Below the pieces are notes generated by a model that worked only from the letters and a program-made list of their open reading frames with translations, was not told the origin of the DNA and searched no databases. This document shows positions 1 through 11,129 of a stretch of DNA of 32,000 bases, one piece after another (within the stretch, counting starts at the first letter, position 1; every line of letters starts with the position of its first letter). The DNA comes from Shewanellaceae bacterium UBA2521 (GTDB lineage Bacteria > Pseudomonadota > Gammaproteobacteria > Enterobacterales > Shewanellaceae): positions 1 to 32,000 of the forward strand of contig DDNL01000090.1 in assembly GCA_002341165.1 (NCBI GenBank), read 5' to 3'. Both the position numbers and the translations under genes were made by a program.

Positions 1-44
1 TTTTAAGCGGTTGTTTTGCGTACAAGGCGTACTTTTATTAAACT

Positions 45-524
45 CTACGACTGCGTCTTGTCACTTTTTTGCATAATACTCAGCATGACATCTTGTTCTC
101 TTGCAGATAAAGTTGTCGACTTTTGCTTGCTATCTCTTGTATAAAATAAAAAAAACAAAAACACAAAAGCTAAAAACAAAAATACAAGAGGCGCAAACCA
201 CAATAATCCTGTTTTTAAATTGAAACGAGGCTGATATAAAATAAAGTCGCCATAACGCTGTGTCATATAATGCATAATTTCTTCGTCGCTTGCTCCCTGC
301 TCTACTTGCTTATACACCTCTAACCTCAAATCTTTTGCAATAGGAGAATTAGAGTCAACTAGATTTTGATTTTGACATTGTGGACATCTTAAATCTCGAG
401 CTAAATTTAAAGCTTGCTGTTTATTCTGTATTGTGGAGAACTCAAAAGTATCGATTGCAAATGTAGCTTGTGCCCAGAGCAATAATATCCATAAGATACT
501 TTTAATACAATTTCTCTTTTGCAT
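45..524 (-). CDS. ccmH: Cytochrome c-type biogenesis protein CcmH (System I)
   Basis: 159-aa ORF with a signal peptide, the conserved LRCPQCQNQNL motif and a C-terminal TM segment. It lies immediately downstream of ccmF-ccmG on the same strand. Confidence 0.9.
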   Translation of the reverse strand: MQKRNCIKSILWILLLWAQATFAIDTFEFSTIQNKQQALNLARDLRCPQCQNQNLVDSNSPIAKDLRLEVYKQVEQGASDEEIMHYMTQRYGDFILYQPRFNLKTGLLWFAPLVFLFLAFVFLFFLFYTRDSKQKSTTLSAREQDVMLSIMQKSDKTQS

Positions 525-533
525 AAATAATCC

Positions 534-1082
534 TCAATGAACTAAAGCTTCTTGTTGCAACTGTTGCACCAGAGGTTCAATCTTACTTTTCCAAACTCGA
601 TCATTAATTATACCAGCATGGCGCATGCGTATAATACCTAAATGATCAATCACATAAGTTTCTGGTGCACCATACACACCTAAATCAAGCCCTAACTGAC
701 CTTTAGGATCGTAAATGACTTTTTGAAAAGGGTTACCAAATTGCTCTAGTTCCTTTATAGATTTTTCTCGCTTTGGATCACGATAATTAATACCTATAAG
801 AGGTAGATCTTTATTTTGTGCCAATTGCATTAAATAAGGGTGTTCTTGCTTACAAGCTGGACACCAAGTTGCCCAAATGTTTAAAAGTGTAACTTGGCCT
901 ATTAAATCTTTCTGTGTAAAAAGCCTTTCTGGTTTATGTAAACTCGATAATTTAAACGCAGGAACTGCGCGCCCCTCTAAGACAGAGTCAAGTTCTTGAG
1001 GGTTTAAAGACAAAGCACGCCACAGCACAATACTCAAAATAATAATCAAGATAAAGGGGATAAAAAAAGTTATTCTTTTCAT
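534..1082 (-). CDS. ccmG: Thiol:disulfide interchange protein CcmG/DsbE
   Basis: 182-aa ORF with an N-terminal membrane anchor and the thioredoxin motif WATWCPACKQE. It sits between ccmF and ccmH. Confidence 0.9.
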   Translation of the reverse strand: MKRITFFIPFILIIILSIVLWRALSLNPQELDSVLEGRAVPAFKLSSLHKPERLFTQKDLIGQVTLLNIWATWCPACKQEHPYLMQLAQNKDLPLIGINYRDPKREKSIKELEQFGNPFQKVIYDPKGQLGLDLGVYGAPETYVIDHLGIIRMRHAGIINDRVWKSKIEPLVQQLQQEALVH

Positions 1083-1097
1083 GAAACACTCTTATTT

Positions 1098-3077
1098 TTA
1101 TGAATAGGTTAACTCAGAATTTAATTTTGTTTGAGATGCGAGCATCTTATCTCTTCTATACGCATTGACCTTGGCATACACAGAGAGTAAACCGCCAGCC
1201 ATCATAAATAAGGCTCCAAACCAAAGCCAACGAACAAAAGGTTTATAATTGAGACGCACAGCAAAATCTGTATCATTAATCGGTTCACCTAAAGTCACAT
1301 AGAGATCTCTAAATAACCCCCAATCAATACCAGCTTCTGTCATATTCATAGTGCGCACTTCATAAAACCGACGCTCTGGTTTAAGCAAAGCAACCACATG
1401 CTGATCTTCTTCAACTAAAATCTCGGCACGTTGCGTACGGTAATTAGGACCTTGAAACCAATTTGCCTGTAAAAAAGTAAAGTGATATCCAGCCATCTCT
1501 ACTTCTGTATTGGGTCCCATACGTACACTTTTCTCGATTTCATAATTTGAGACCATAGTTGCACCCACAGTAGTGATTGCAATACCAGCATGCGCTAAAA
1601 CCATAGCGGCAAGGTTCGGGGTAAAACGATGCCAATGCAAGCCAGACTCAGTCGAGACTACTTTTTTTACCAAACTACATGTTGCTAAAAAAATCCATGC
1701 AGCTAAACCCAAACCTAATGATGCCCAAATATTCATTTGTCCATCAATCCACCAAGGTGCGAAGCATCCAAAGAGAGGCGCAATCCAAATGTTCCATTTT
1801 ATAGCCTGTTTTAAAGATGGAGCATCATTTTTACGCCATCGCATCAAAGGCGCAATGCCCATCAAGAAAAAGCTGAGTAATGCTAAAGGTACAAAGACAA
1901 GATTAAAGTAAGGAGCACCAACAGATATTTGACCTAAACCTAATGCATCTATGAGCAAGGGATACAAGGTACCAAGTAAAACCGTTGCACAAGCAACGAC
2001 CAATAAAATATTGCCAACGAGAAGTAACATATCTTTTGAGATCAACTCAAACTTCACAGCGGAACGCATCTGCTTTGCGCGTAAACCAAATAAAAATAAA
2101 GACCCTCCAACAACAACACACAGCAAAAGTAAAATGAATAATCCTCGTTCAGGATCCGAGGCAAAAGAATGTACCGAGGTCAGCACACCTGATCGCACTA
2201 AAAAAGTACCCAGCAAGCTTAAAGCAAAAGACGCAATCGCCAATAAAATAGTCCAGTTATAAAAAAGTGCCCGCTTCTCACTCACAATTAAAGCATGCAA
2301 CAAAGCGGTGCCTACAAGCCAAGGCATAAAGGACGCGTTCTCAACAGGATCCCAAAACCACCAGCCACCCCAGCCTAATTCATAGTAAGCCCACCACGAA
2401 CCTAAAGCTATGCCTCCTGTCAGAAAAGTCCATGCCACTAAAGTCCAAGGCCTGCACCAACGCACCCAAGCAGCATCAATACGCCCACTTAATAATGCAG
2501 CAATAGCAAAAGCAAAGCTTACAGAAAAACCAACATATCCCATATACAACATAGGAGGATGCACAATTAAGCCAAAGTCTTGCAGCATAGGATTCAAATC
2601 TCGACCTTCAGCTGGAATCTGTGTTAAAACACGTGAGAAAGGATTAGATGTCCATAACATGAAAGCACTAAACCCTGTAATGATCATACCTAAAACAGAT
2701 AATACGCGTGTTACAAAAGCAGCTTCTATTTTTTTTGAGAAAAAAGTAATAGCTACCATCCATAAAGCAATATCGAGTACCCACAACAAAAAGGATCCTT
2801 CATGTCCTCCCCAAGTCGCCGCTATTTTATAAGGTAATGGCAGCTTCGTGTTTGAGTTTTCTGCGACATAACGTACAGAGAAATCATCCACCATAAAACT
2901 GTGAATTAAAAAAAGAAAAGCTATGAGAAAGAAAAAACCTGTTGCGCGAGCGAAAACTTGAGCATAACCGAGCGCCTCGACATCAGATAACCGACGTGTC
3001 AACACAAGGACGAAGCTCAGTAAAATGGAAAAGCAAAAACCAATAATTAAGGCAAAATGGCCTATCTCAGGAAACAT
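1098..3077 (-). CDS. ccmF: Cytochrome c heme lyase subunit CcmF
   Basis: 659-aa polytopic membrane protein with the tryptophan-rich heme-handling motif GWGGWWFWDPVEN. The N-terminus MFPEIGHFAL is typical of CcmF. Confidence 0.95.
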   Translation of the reverse strand: MFPEIGHFALIIGFCFSILLSFVLVLTRRLSDVEALGYAQVFARATGFFFLIAFLFLIHSFMVDDFSVRYVAENSNTKLPLPYKIAATWGGHEGSFLLWVLDIALWMVAITFFSKKIEAAFVTRVLSVLGMIITGFSAFMLWTSNPFSRVLTQIPAEGRDLNPMLQDFGLIVHPPMLYMGYVGFSVSFAFAIAALLSGRIDAAWVRWCRPWTLVAWTFLTGGIALGSWWAYYELGWGGWWFWDPVENASFMPWLVGTALLHALIVSEKRALFYNWTILLAIASFALSLLGTFLVRSGVLTSVHSFASDPERGLFILLLLCVVVGGSLFLFGLRAKQMRSAVKFELISKDMLLLVGNILLVVACATVLLGTLYPLLIDALGLGQISVGAPYFNLVFVPLALLSFFLMGIAPLMRWRKNDAPSLKQAIKWNIWIAPLFGCFAPWWIDGQMNIWASLGLGLAAWIFLATCSLVKKVVSTESGLHWHRFTPNLAAMVLAHAGIAITTVGATMVSNYEIEKSVRMGPNTEVEMAGYHFTFLQANWFQGPNYRTQRAEILVEEDQHVVALLKPERRFYEVRTMNMTEAGIDWGLFRDLYVTLGEPINDTDFAVRLNYKPFVRWLWFGALFMMAGGLLSVYAKVNAYRRDKMLASQTKLNSELTYS

Positions 3078-3220
3078 AAATGATCCTTCTTACAAATATT
3101 CCTACTGGTTCAGTTTGCATGATTTTACTCAATAAAAACAATATAAATTGTAATAAAAAGTAAAAATTTTATTTAGATTACTTTATAATAGAAAAAAAAT
3201 AATGTTGAAGACATGGATTT

Positions 3221-4438
3221 ATGCCTCTTTTCTGGACGATTCTCATTAGCTTACTCATGCTAAGCCTTGCGATAATATGGCACCCTTATTTTTCGCGCCG
3301 AACAAAGAAAGACAATTCGGATGTTCGTTTCAATACTAATCTCGATATCTTCAATATGAGGCTCAATGCACTCAAGCAACAACGTCGGAATTCAGATATT
3401 GATGATACTGAGTTTCATCAACTCAAAACCGAACTCGAAAGAGCTTTATTACAAGATGTCGACACCACAACTGCAAGCGCACAACCTAAGCGAGAGCATA
3501 AACCATCTAAATTACTTCCTTATAGCCTCAGTGCCTTGATGTTTATAGGCTGCATCAGCTTTTATCTCTATCTTGGTCAAGGTGCATCGTTCAAAGCCAG
3601 TGGCGAGATGCTTGAACCCGAATCATCTCAAGCAGTAAAAGGTGTCATTGCTTATGTTGAAGAACTCAGAGTAAGACTTGAAAAGAACCCAAAAGATCAA
3701 GACGCTTGGACACAACTTGGACAGTTTTATATGGAATTTAACTTATATGAACAAGCGCTCACAACTTATGACAGACTGCTTCAGCTCAGTCCAAATAACC
3801 CTGAGTTTATGGGACAAAAGGCAACAGCTTTATATTTTGTAAATCAACAAAGTATGACCCCAGAAATTGATGAACTTATCAAGCAAGCGCTCAATAAAGA
3901 TGCAACACAACCTAGCGTTCATTTTCTCCTTGCGATACATGCCTATCTCCAAAAAGACTTTACAACTGCGCTTACACACTGGCAAAAACTCTTAAATAGT
4001 CAAAGAACAGATATTAATCGTGAAGCAATTGAAAGTACTATGGCTCAGATTCGACAGGAGCAGCAAGAGTTCAATGCAACGCCAAGCAACTCAGCACAAA
4101 TTAATTTATCTATTGATCTTGCTGCTGCTTTAAAACAAGACATCCAACCCAATGATGTTTTATTTGTCTTCGCTCAATCTATTGAGGGAGGCATGCCTTT
4201 GGCTGTAATAAGACAACCCGTTAAACAGTTTCCACTGCGTATTCAACTCAGTGATAAAAATGCGATGCGTGATAATCTAAAACTAAGTCAGGAAGAATAT
4301 GTTTCTGTTACAGTAAGGGTCTCACATCATGGTTCTGCACCAGCAAAACCGGGAGATTTACAAGGACATATAGAAAAAGTGTCTACCTCAAATACACAGA
4401 TTCAAAAAATTGTCATCAACACAAAAATAAACATATGA
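3221..4438 (+). CDS. ccmI: Cytochrome c biogenesis TPR protein CcmI/CycH-like
   Basis: 405-aa ORF with an N-terminal TM segment, a second hydrophobic segment near residue 100, then TPR-like helical repeats (WTQLGQFYMEFNLYEQALTTYDRLLQLSPNNPEF). It is divergent from ccmF. It is a separate gene rather than fused to ccmH. Confidence 0.7.
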   Translation: MPLFWTILISLLMLSLAIIWHPYFSRRTKKDNSDVRFNTNLDIFNMRLNALKQQRRNSDIDDTEFHQLKTELERALLQDVDTTTASAQPKREHKPSKLLPYSLSALMFIGCISFYLYLGQGASFKASGEMLEPESSQAVKGVIAYVEELRVRLEKNPKDQDAWTQLGQFYMEFNLYEQALTTYDRLLQLSPNNPEFMGQKATALYFVNQQSMTPEIDELIKQALNKDATQPSVHFLLAIHAYLQKDFTTALTHWQKLLNSQRTDINREAIESTMAQIRQEQQEFNATPSNSAQINLSIDLAAALKQDIQPNDVLFVFAQSIEGGMPLAVIRQPVKQFPLRIQLSDKNAMRDNLKLSQEEYVSVTVRVSHHGSAPAKPGDLQGHIEKVSTSNTQIQKIVINTKINI

Positions 4439-4466
4439 AATATAAAAATTTATAGACCTATCAAAA

Positions 4467-4517
4467 CATGCACCATAGTGCATGGTGGTTCCTCTCTTGG
4501 ATACGTATCCTATGCAC
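4467..4517. promoter_or_regulatory. Cluster of palindromes upstream of the XRE gene (possible operator or ccmI terminator)
   Basis: CATGCAC-cata-GTGCATG is a perfect 7-bp inverted repeat at 4467-4484. GGATACGTATCC is a perfect 12-bp palindrome at 4499-4510. A third ATGCAC half-site lies at 4512-4517. All lie between the ccmI stop and the XRE start codon. Confidence 0.3.
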
Positions 4518-4573
4518 ATTATTACAAGAACATAAGCACAACAATTCATTATATTTTTAGGGAGAAAAAAAAC

Positions 4574-4825
4574 ATGAGTGGAGACAAGGAGCTAGCACAC
4601 CAGCTAACCCAATTAAGACTAAAGCGTCGTTTGTCGCAAAGACAACTTGCGCAACAGATTGGCATTACAGATCGTTATATCAGAAGTATTGAGAATGGAA
4701 CAAGCATGCCTTCTTTTGGCATTGTTAAAAGCTGGTTCAAAGCGACAAAAGCTACTCAAGAATCTATCCTTTCCATCACATCAAGCCGTCAGCGCAATCA
4801 AACAACACGACTTGTTCGACCTTAG
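4574..4825 (+). CDS. Small XRE-family helix-turn-helix transcriptional regulator
   Basis: 83-aa product starting MSGDKELAHQL. The HTH core is LSQRQLAQQIGITDRYIRSIENGTSMPS. AGGGAG lies 9 nt upstream of the ATG at 4574. I prefer this over the longer GTG start at 4478 given in the ORF track. Confidence 0.65.
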   Translation: MSGDKELAHQLTQLRLKRRLSQRQLAQQIGITDRYIRSIENGTSMPSFGIVKSWFKATKATQESILSITSSRQRNQTTRLVRP

Positions 4826-4889
4826 AACACGAACCAGTAAACACTCCCTTACAAGCCAGCATGCTTTGTGTTGGCTGTAAGATATGTGA

Positions 4890-5270
4890 AGAAGAGTTGG
4901 AGTGGGCGCATAAGCCGGGTTCTGTCTCTTTATCCAAGATAAAGAGGGTAGTCATTCATCTAGACCACAAATCACTCTGTGGTTCAAGCAATCTACCCGC
5001 TCTCAATGCGGACAACATTAAAGAGAGCCTATTTGATCTTGCTCCGAGTGGAGTTTACCTTGCCACAAACAGTTACCTGCTGTGCGGTGTGCTCTTACCA
5101 CACCCTTTCACCCTTACCTGTATCAATAAAATTGATCATCGGCGGTCTACTCTCTGCTGCACTGGTCGTAAGCTTGCGCTTCCCAGGCGTTACCTGGCAC
5201 TCTGTCCTGTGGAGCCCGGACTTTCCTCCCCGTTGAATACAACGCAGCGACTACCTTGCCCACTCCAGCC
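4890..5270 (-). ncRNA. rnpB: RNase P RNA, bacterial type A
   Basis: The reverse complement reads GGCTGGAGTGGGC...GGGGAGGAAAGTCCGGGCTCCACAGGACAGAGTGCCAGGTAACGCCTGGG...ACGACCAGTGCAGCAGAGAG...CAGGTAAGGGTGAAAGGGTGTGGTAAGAGCACACC...GGTAAACTCCACTCGGAGCAAG...CTAGATGAATGACTAC...ACAGAACCCGGCTTATGCGCCCACTCCAAC. This matches the universally conserved RNase P RNA blocks as I remember them from E. coli M1 RNA. P1 pairing is GGAGTGGGC/GCCCACTCC. A TATAAT box on the - strand lies at 5275-5280, just upstream. The ends are approximate to within about 5 nt. Confidence 0.95.
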
Positions 5271-5320
5271 ATCTATTATACGCACATAGGCAAAAAAATC
5301 CAGTCTCTTAACCTGAAGCT

Positions 5321-6154
5321 TTAAAGCTCTAAGCCAGCTTCATAAAGCTGCTTTTTATTCAAACCATAAATTTGCGCTGTAATCGCTGCCGATTTCTTTA
5401 AAGGTAAATCTTGTTTCAATAAAGCAAGCGTATTTAAAGCCTGCTGCGAAATAGCACGAGGATCCGGTTGATAACCTCGACAAAGAATAACAAACTCTCC
5501 TTTTTGTTGATTCTCATCTTCTTCCAACACAGCTTTGACCTGTACAAGCGTACCTTGAATAAAAGTTTCAAAGGTCTTTGTCAATTCTCTAGCAAGTACA
5601 ACCTCTCTTTGCTCACCCCATGCTTGAATCATGGCATTGACAGTATCGAGAACACGTCTTGGCGACTCATAAAAAATTAAAGACCGAGTTTCTTCCTTAA
5701 GTAAAGCTAGCTTATCTAAACGCGCTTTAGCTTTTGCCGGTAAAAAGCCTTCAAAACAAAAACGATCCGAAGGTAAACCCGCTGCAGAAAGTGCCGTAAT
5801 CGCAGCACATGCACCTGGAAGAGGTATCACCTTGTATCCTTGCTGACGCAAATGGCTCACAAGATGGTATCCTGGATCAGAAATTAAAGGCGTACCTGCA
5901 TCAGATATAAGTGCTACTGTTTTTTGCTGCGCTAACTGGTCAGCAATCCAGTTTACTTTTTGCTTCTCATTGTGATCATGTAGAGCTATCAATTTAGATT
6001 GAATACCTAAATGCTGAAGAAGCTTGCCACTGTGTCGTGTATCTTCACAAGCTATCAAATCTACTTCGGATAAAACATGTACAGCACGACGACTGATATC
6101 ATCTAAGTGACCGATGGGTGTTGGAACAATGTATAAAGCAACAGTTAAATCCAT
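5321..6154 (-). CDS. rsmI: 16S rRNA (cytidine1402-2'-O)-methyltransferase RsmI
   Basis: 277-aa tetrapyrrole-methylase-fold protein (LYIVPTPIGHLDDIS, CEDTRHSGKLL, SDAGTPLISDPG). It is divergent from lpoA, as yraL is from yraM in E. coli. Confidence 0.9.
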   Translation of the reverse strand: MDLTVALYIVPTPIGHLDDISRRAVHVLSEVDLIACEDTRHSGKLLQHLGIQSKLIALHDHNEKQKVNWIADQLAQQKTVALISDAGTPLISDPGYHLVSHLRQQGYKVIPLPGACAAITALSAAGLPSDRFCFEGFLPAKAKARLDKLALLKEETRSLIFYESPRRVLDTVNAMIQAWGEQREVVLARELTKTFETFIQGTLVQVKAVLEEDENQQKGEFVILCRGYQPDPRAISQQALNTLALLKQDLPLKKSAAITAQIYGLNKKQLYEAGLEL

Positions 6155-6233
6155 AAATCAATCTCAATTAGCTTTCATCAATAAAGAATGAGCGTTAAAC
6201 TAACAAAAGGCTATTTTACCAGAGTTGCGAAGC

Positions 6234-8021
6234 ATGAAAAAATTTAATTTACCATATTCTATCAAATTAAGATTGATAGTCTCTCTTTCATGGCTATCAA
6301 TGACAAGCTGTACATCCATTCAAGAACAAGAGCAACATATGCAAATGTCAGGATCTCATGAAGTCAACACAGCACAACTGCAAGAGAAATTACCTCAAAG
6401 TGATAAAAAATATCCAGACATGCTCAAAAGCGCAGAAGAGTATTTACTCTCTGGACAGCTCAGTGCCGCTGAAAGCCTCCTTAAAGAAATCAAAATTAAT
6501 GAGATAAAATCCCACGAGCTCAAAGCTTATTATCTCTACCTCTCGGCACAGTCGGCAACGCAAAGACATCAATGGACAAAAGCTCTACAGCTGATTGAGC
6601 AAGCACAAAAGCAAAAACCTCTGATTATCGAGCAAGAAATCTCTTTGCTGCAACTTGCCGTTGAGCTGTACAATACAACCAATCAACCCATTAAACAAGC
6701 GGCTGCATTGCACGCTATCAATGAAATAGAACCATCATCTAATCTTGATGCACGTATTTGGTATACACTACAACCTGTCTCTGAAGATTTACTCAAGCAG
6801 CAACTCAAAAAAACACGAGATAAAAACTTTAATGGCTGGCTAGAGCTTAGTTACATTGGTAAACGTTATGCCGATTTACCTCAAGATTTACAAAAGAAAG
6901 TCAATCAGTGGCAGCAAGATTACCCTGAACATCCACATTATGAAAACTTACCTGATGACATCAATCGCGCGCTTCACACTCAAGTGTATAACCCTAAAAA
7001 AGTAGGCGTCTTGTTACCTGCAAAAGCTACCAGTGCATCGCGTGCAATACGCAGTGGCATCATCGCGAGCACTTTGAAAAACAAAGCACGCTCCTTGGAA
7101 CTCCATTTTTATGATACGTCTGAAGGGGGACTAGAAGCTTATAACCGTGCTGAACAAGATGAATGCGAGTTTATTATAGGACCTTTACTTAAAGAGCATG
7201 TTGAAGAAGTTGCAAGCAGCAGATCTAACATTATTCCGCAGTTAATGCTCAATATGCCAGATGGTGTTGTTAATGATCCCGATAGATATTATTTCTCTTT
7301 ATCTCCGACTGAAGAAGCGGCTCAAACTGCTCAATACTTCAAAGAACAAGGTATTAAAAACCCTCTTATTATTGCCAACTCAAGAAGTAGCAGCAAAAAA
7401 ATGGTTGAATCTTTTACCCAAGCTTGGGAAAAAATATATGACGAGCAACCTAAAGTATACTACTACAGCAATAACAAAGAGATCAAAACCAAAGTACAAG
7501 ATGCATTAAGTGTTAAAGAGTCGAAAGCACGTATCCGTGCCATCAAAAACACTTTTGGCTTTCAACTGAAAGCAGACTTTCGCTCACGTCGAGATATAGA
7601 TGCTATTTATCTTCTAACACAAGGCGATGAAGTCAAATTGTTAAAACCATTTGTTGATGTCAACACAAGTGTTTTCGCTGAGCCTATTTCTACTTATGCT
7701 AGTTATCGTAGTCATGTGAAAAGCAAAAATGGACAATACCCAAGAGAGCTCAATAAAATGCGTATCAATACTATGCCTTGGCTCCTTACAGAATCTACAG
7801 AGCTTAGCCTGATCGAAGAATGGTCTAATCTAGAAAAAAGACTTTACGCAATGGGCTACGACAGTATTTCTCTGATCGATAAATTAGCCCAAATGAAAGC
7901 ATCTCAAAGCTACTATTTTGAAGGTCGAACAGGTACAATGAACATTGACCACCAAGGTGTGATACATCGTAAACAGCAGTGGGCTAAATTTTATAGCAAC
8001 GGAAAGTTAAGAAAACTATGA
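6234..8021 (+). CDS. lpoA: Penicillin-binding protein activator LpoA (outer-membrane lipoprotein)
   Basis: About 595 aa with a signal/lipobox-like LSMTSC, an N-terminal helical repeat region and a C-terminal periplasmic-binding-protein-like domain. Its position between rsmI and yraN is conserved. I prefer the ATG at 6234 over the TTG at 6225. Confidence 0.8.
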   Translation: MKKFNLPYSIKLRLIVSLSWLSMTSCTSIQEQEQHMQMSGSHEVNTAQLQEKLPQSDKKYPDMLKSAEEYLLSGQLSAAESLLKEIKINEIKSHELKAYYLYLSAQSATQRHQWTKALQLIEQAQKQKPLIIEQEISLLQLAVELYNTTNQPIKQAAALHAINEIEPSSNLDARIWYTLQPVSEDLLKQQLKKTRDKNFNGWLELSYIGKRYADLPQDLQKKVNQWQQDYPEHPHYENLPDDINRALHTQVYNPKKVGVLLPAKATSASRAIRSGIIASTLKNKARSLELHFYDTSEGGLEAYNRAEQDECEFIIGPLLKEHVEEVASSRSNIIPQLMLNMPDGVVNDPDRYYFSLSPTEEAAQTAQYFKEQGIKNPLIIANSRSSSKKMVESFTQAWEKIYDEQPKVYYYSNNKEIKTKVQDALSVKESKARIRAIKNTFGFQLKADFRSRRDIDAIYLLTQGDEVKLLKPFVDVNTSVFAEPISTYASYRSHVKSKNGQYPRELNKMRINTMPWLLTESTELSLIEEWSNLEKRLYAMGYDSISLIDKLAQMKASQSYYFEGRTGTMNIDHQGVIHRKQQWAKFYSNGKLRKL

Positions 8022-8350
8022 GTACATGTGTCGGCCATGAAGCAGAACAGCAAGCTCGTATTTTCTTAGAGCAGCACGACTATCGATTCATTGCCGCAAA
8101 CGTGCGTTACCGTTTTGCAGAAATCGATTTGATTATGAAAAAAGCAAGCACAATTGTATTTGTTGAGGTAAAATATCGCAAAAGACGCAACTTTGGTGGC
8201 GCGGTTGCAGCCATTGCACCTCAGCAGCAACGACGATTGCAACGTGCTGCAAATTACTACTTGCAGCAAAATCGTATCAAAACAGCGGCTAGGTTCGATG
8301 TTATTGCGATTGAAGATAAGCAGATTAACTGGATAAAAAATGCTTTCTGA
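8018..8350 (+). CDS. yraN: YraN family (UPF0102) predicted endonuclease
   Basis: 110 aa with GHEAEQQARIFLEQHDYRFIAANVRYRFAEIDLIM...VFVEVKYR, the typical UPF0102 pattern. It overlaps the lpoA stop by 4 bp and sits in the conserved lpoA-yraN-diaA order. Confidence 0.85.
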   Translation: MSTCVGHEAEQQARIFLEQHDYRFIAANVRYRFAEIDLIMKKASTIVFVEVKYRKRRNFGGAVAAIAPQQQRRLQRAANYYLQQNRIKTAARFDVIAIEDKQINWIKNAF

Positions 8351-9651
<1,301 letters not shown>

Positions 9652-9790
9652 CCTTCAGCGCAATATGCATCTATGTTTCATTTGATTGAGCTATGATGCC
9701 AAACCAAAACACAAAGAAAGATAGCGTAAATGAAGAGCTCGCTACATGATGTGCTCAACCAGTCGTCTCATTGAGACGACAAAGAACGAT

Positions 9791-9829
9791 AAAAAACTGT
9801 AGCTTGCTTATACAATGAGCAGCAAGTTA
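9791..9829 (-). terminator. Putative rho-independent terminator of the hydrolase gene
   Basis: On the - strand, TAACTTGCT-(12 nt)-AGCAAGCTA forms a 9-bp stem with one mismatch. It is followed 3 nt later by TTTTTT and lies about 20 bp after the stop at 9851. Confidence 0.45.
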
Positions 9830-9850
9830 CAAACCCATCTTATATTTATA

Positions 9851-10978
9851 TCATGATGTTTTATTTACACTTTTATACTGTACAGGAAGATATTGACTAA
9901 AGAAGCTTAATGTCTTTGATACAGCTTGATTATGTACTTGCTGACGTTCAACACCCTGAGGGCTATAACAAAGGTTCCCAGCATGACTATTTAAGCTAAA
10001 AAACATCTTTCCTACTTTGGTACAAAGTGCTAAAAATGCAAAGTGATTCACTTCAGGTAAGGTGTACAACTGACTATTAGATAGATATTGATGCGCTAAA
10101 GATGCATTAAATTCTGGCAATGTAATACGATCTTTACTCCCTACAATAAGCTGTATTGGCGTCTGAATGCGCTTTAAGCTCTGAATGGTAAAGGCTGGTA
10201 CAACAGCTGGGCTTAGTGCAACTACAGCTTTGAGATGAGGCAAAGTATAATCTTTTGACATAGTCTGCATCGCTTGGTGATAAGTCTTGTGCGTAGCGAC
10301 TTCAGCTTTCTCTTTATCTGAGGTTTCAATATAAGACTGACAATTTCCATCTTTTGGATGTGCCTGACAAAATGTATGCAATCGCTTATTATCGGTTATT
10401 GCTCCTGCGCCTGATAACACAGTATAACCACCCAAAGAAAACCCTAGTAATCCTACTCGATTAAAGTCAATCTGCTGACTCCAAAAGCGCTCTTGGCTCA
10501 GCTTGTCGAGCACAACGTGCAAATCTTGTGCTCTTTCCCACCATAGATCATAACCTTCCTGATATCCCTTTGGCTCGAATCCAGTATTACCATGATGATT
10601 CAAGGCTGCAACGATATAACCTTGCTCAACTAATTTTTCAACCAACCATAGCATTTGAGAAGCAACTCCACCTGAACCATGTGACACAAGAATCAAAGGG
10701 CGTTTATGATCTTGAGCATATAACGCATCAGGAATAACTTCACCAAAATGAAACATTTTGGTTGATAAGATTTTTTTATGAGTCCGAGCTTGTGTTGGAT
10801 AAAATAAGTGTGTTGTAACAGGACGTTGATGCGCTTGATCAAAGTGCAACCTCTGATCATCTTGGTAAAATTTGACCTGCATACCCACTTGATAGGGCTT
10901 ACTCCATATCGCAGAGGAAAAAAGAACAAAGAAAGAGAGAATAGAGAAAAAGTAACGAGAAAAGTAACATCTATGCAT
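9851..10978 (-). CDS. Secreted alpha/beta hydrolase (dienelactone hydrolase / PAF-acetylhydrolase-like)
   Basis: 375 aa with an N-terminal signal-like hydrophobic segment, the nucleophile elbow GFSLGG, downstream GSKDRIT (Asp) and EVNHFAF (His) as triad candidates, and HGSGG oxyanion-region-like. Confidence 0.6.
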   Translation of the reverse strand: MHRCYFSRYFFSILSFFVLFSSAIWSKPYQVGMQVKFYQDDQRLHFDQAHQRPVTTHLFYPTQARTHKKILSTKMFHFGEVIPDALYAQDHKRPLILVSHGSGGVASQMLWLVEKLVEQGYIVAALNHHGNTGFEPKGYQEGYDLWWERAQDLHVVLDKLSQERFWSQQIDFNRVGLLGFSLGGYTVLSGAGAITDNKRLHTFCQAHPKDGNCQSYIETSDKEKAEVATHKTYHQAMQTMSKDYTLPHLKAVVALSPAVVPAFTIQSLKRIQTPIQLIVGSKDRITLPEFNASLAHQYLSNSQLYTLPEVNHFAFLALCTKVGKMFFSLNSHAGNLCYSPQGVERQQVHNQAVSKTLSFFSQYLPVQYKSVNKTS

Positions 10979-11129
10979 AGCAAAAAATCCTATTTTGAGA
11001 CTGTGTTAATCGTCACGACTATATATGCATTGGTTTGAATAATCAATTCTAGCTTGATCATATGCTCAATGTTAATAAAATCAAGATTTTAATGCCAGAT
11101 GTGAGTCTTCTTTGTTAAGAAAGATAGTA

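Noticed and set aside
1573-2832. Three + strand ORFs (1573-1911, 1951-2262, 2410-2832) inside ccmF
   Set aside because: They are antisense to a well-supported 659-aa ccmF. The Lys/Pro/Thr-rich low-complexity translations are typical of antisense reading of membrane-protein genes.
4478-4573. Longer GTG-initiated N-terminus (32 extra residues) for the XRE regulator
   Set aside because: The extension overlaps the palindrome cluster, has no RBS and adds a non-HTH leader. The ATG at 4574 has a good AGGGAG Shine-Dalgarno sequence.
4647-4880. 77-aa ORF overlapping the XRE gene in another frame
   Set aside because: It has no recognisable motif, it overlaps a better-supported gene, and it runs to within about 10 nt of the rnpB 3' end.
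4861-5289. ORF-track entries 4861-5289 (142 aa) and 4979-5236 (85 aa) as protein-coding genes
   Set aside because: They are translations of the strand opposite rnpB. The region is fully explained by a type A RNase P RNA on the - strand, and the peptides have no coding character.
9762-9780. Hairpin GTCGTCTC-att-GAGACGAC as the dolP terminator or a small RNA
   Set aside because: The 8-bp stem is perfect, but no U-tract follows on either strand and it lies 110 bp after the dolP stop. That is not enough evidence to call a terminator or sRNA.
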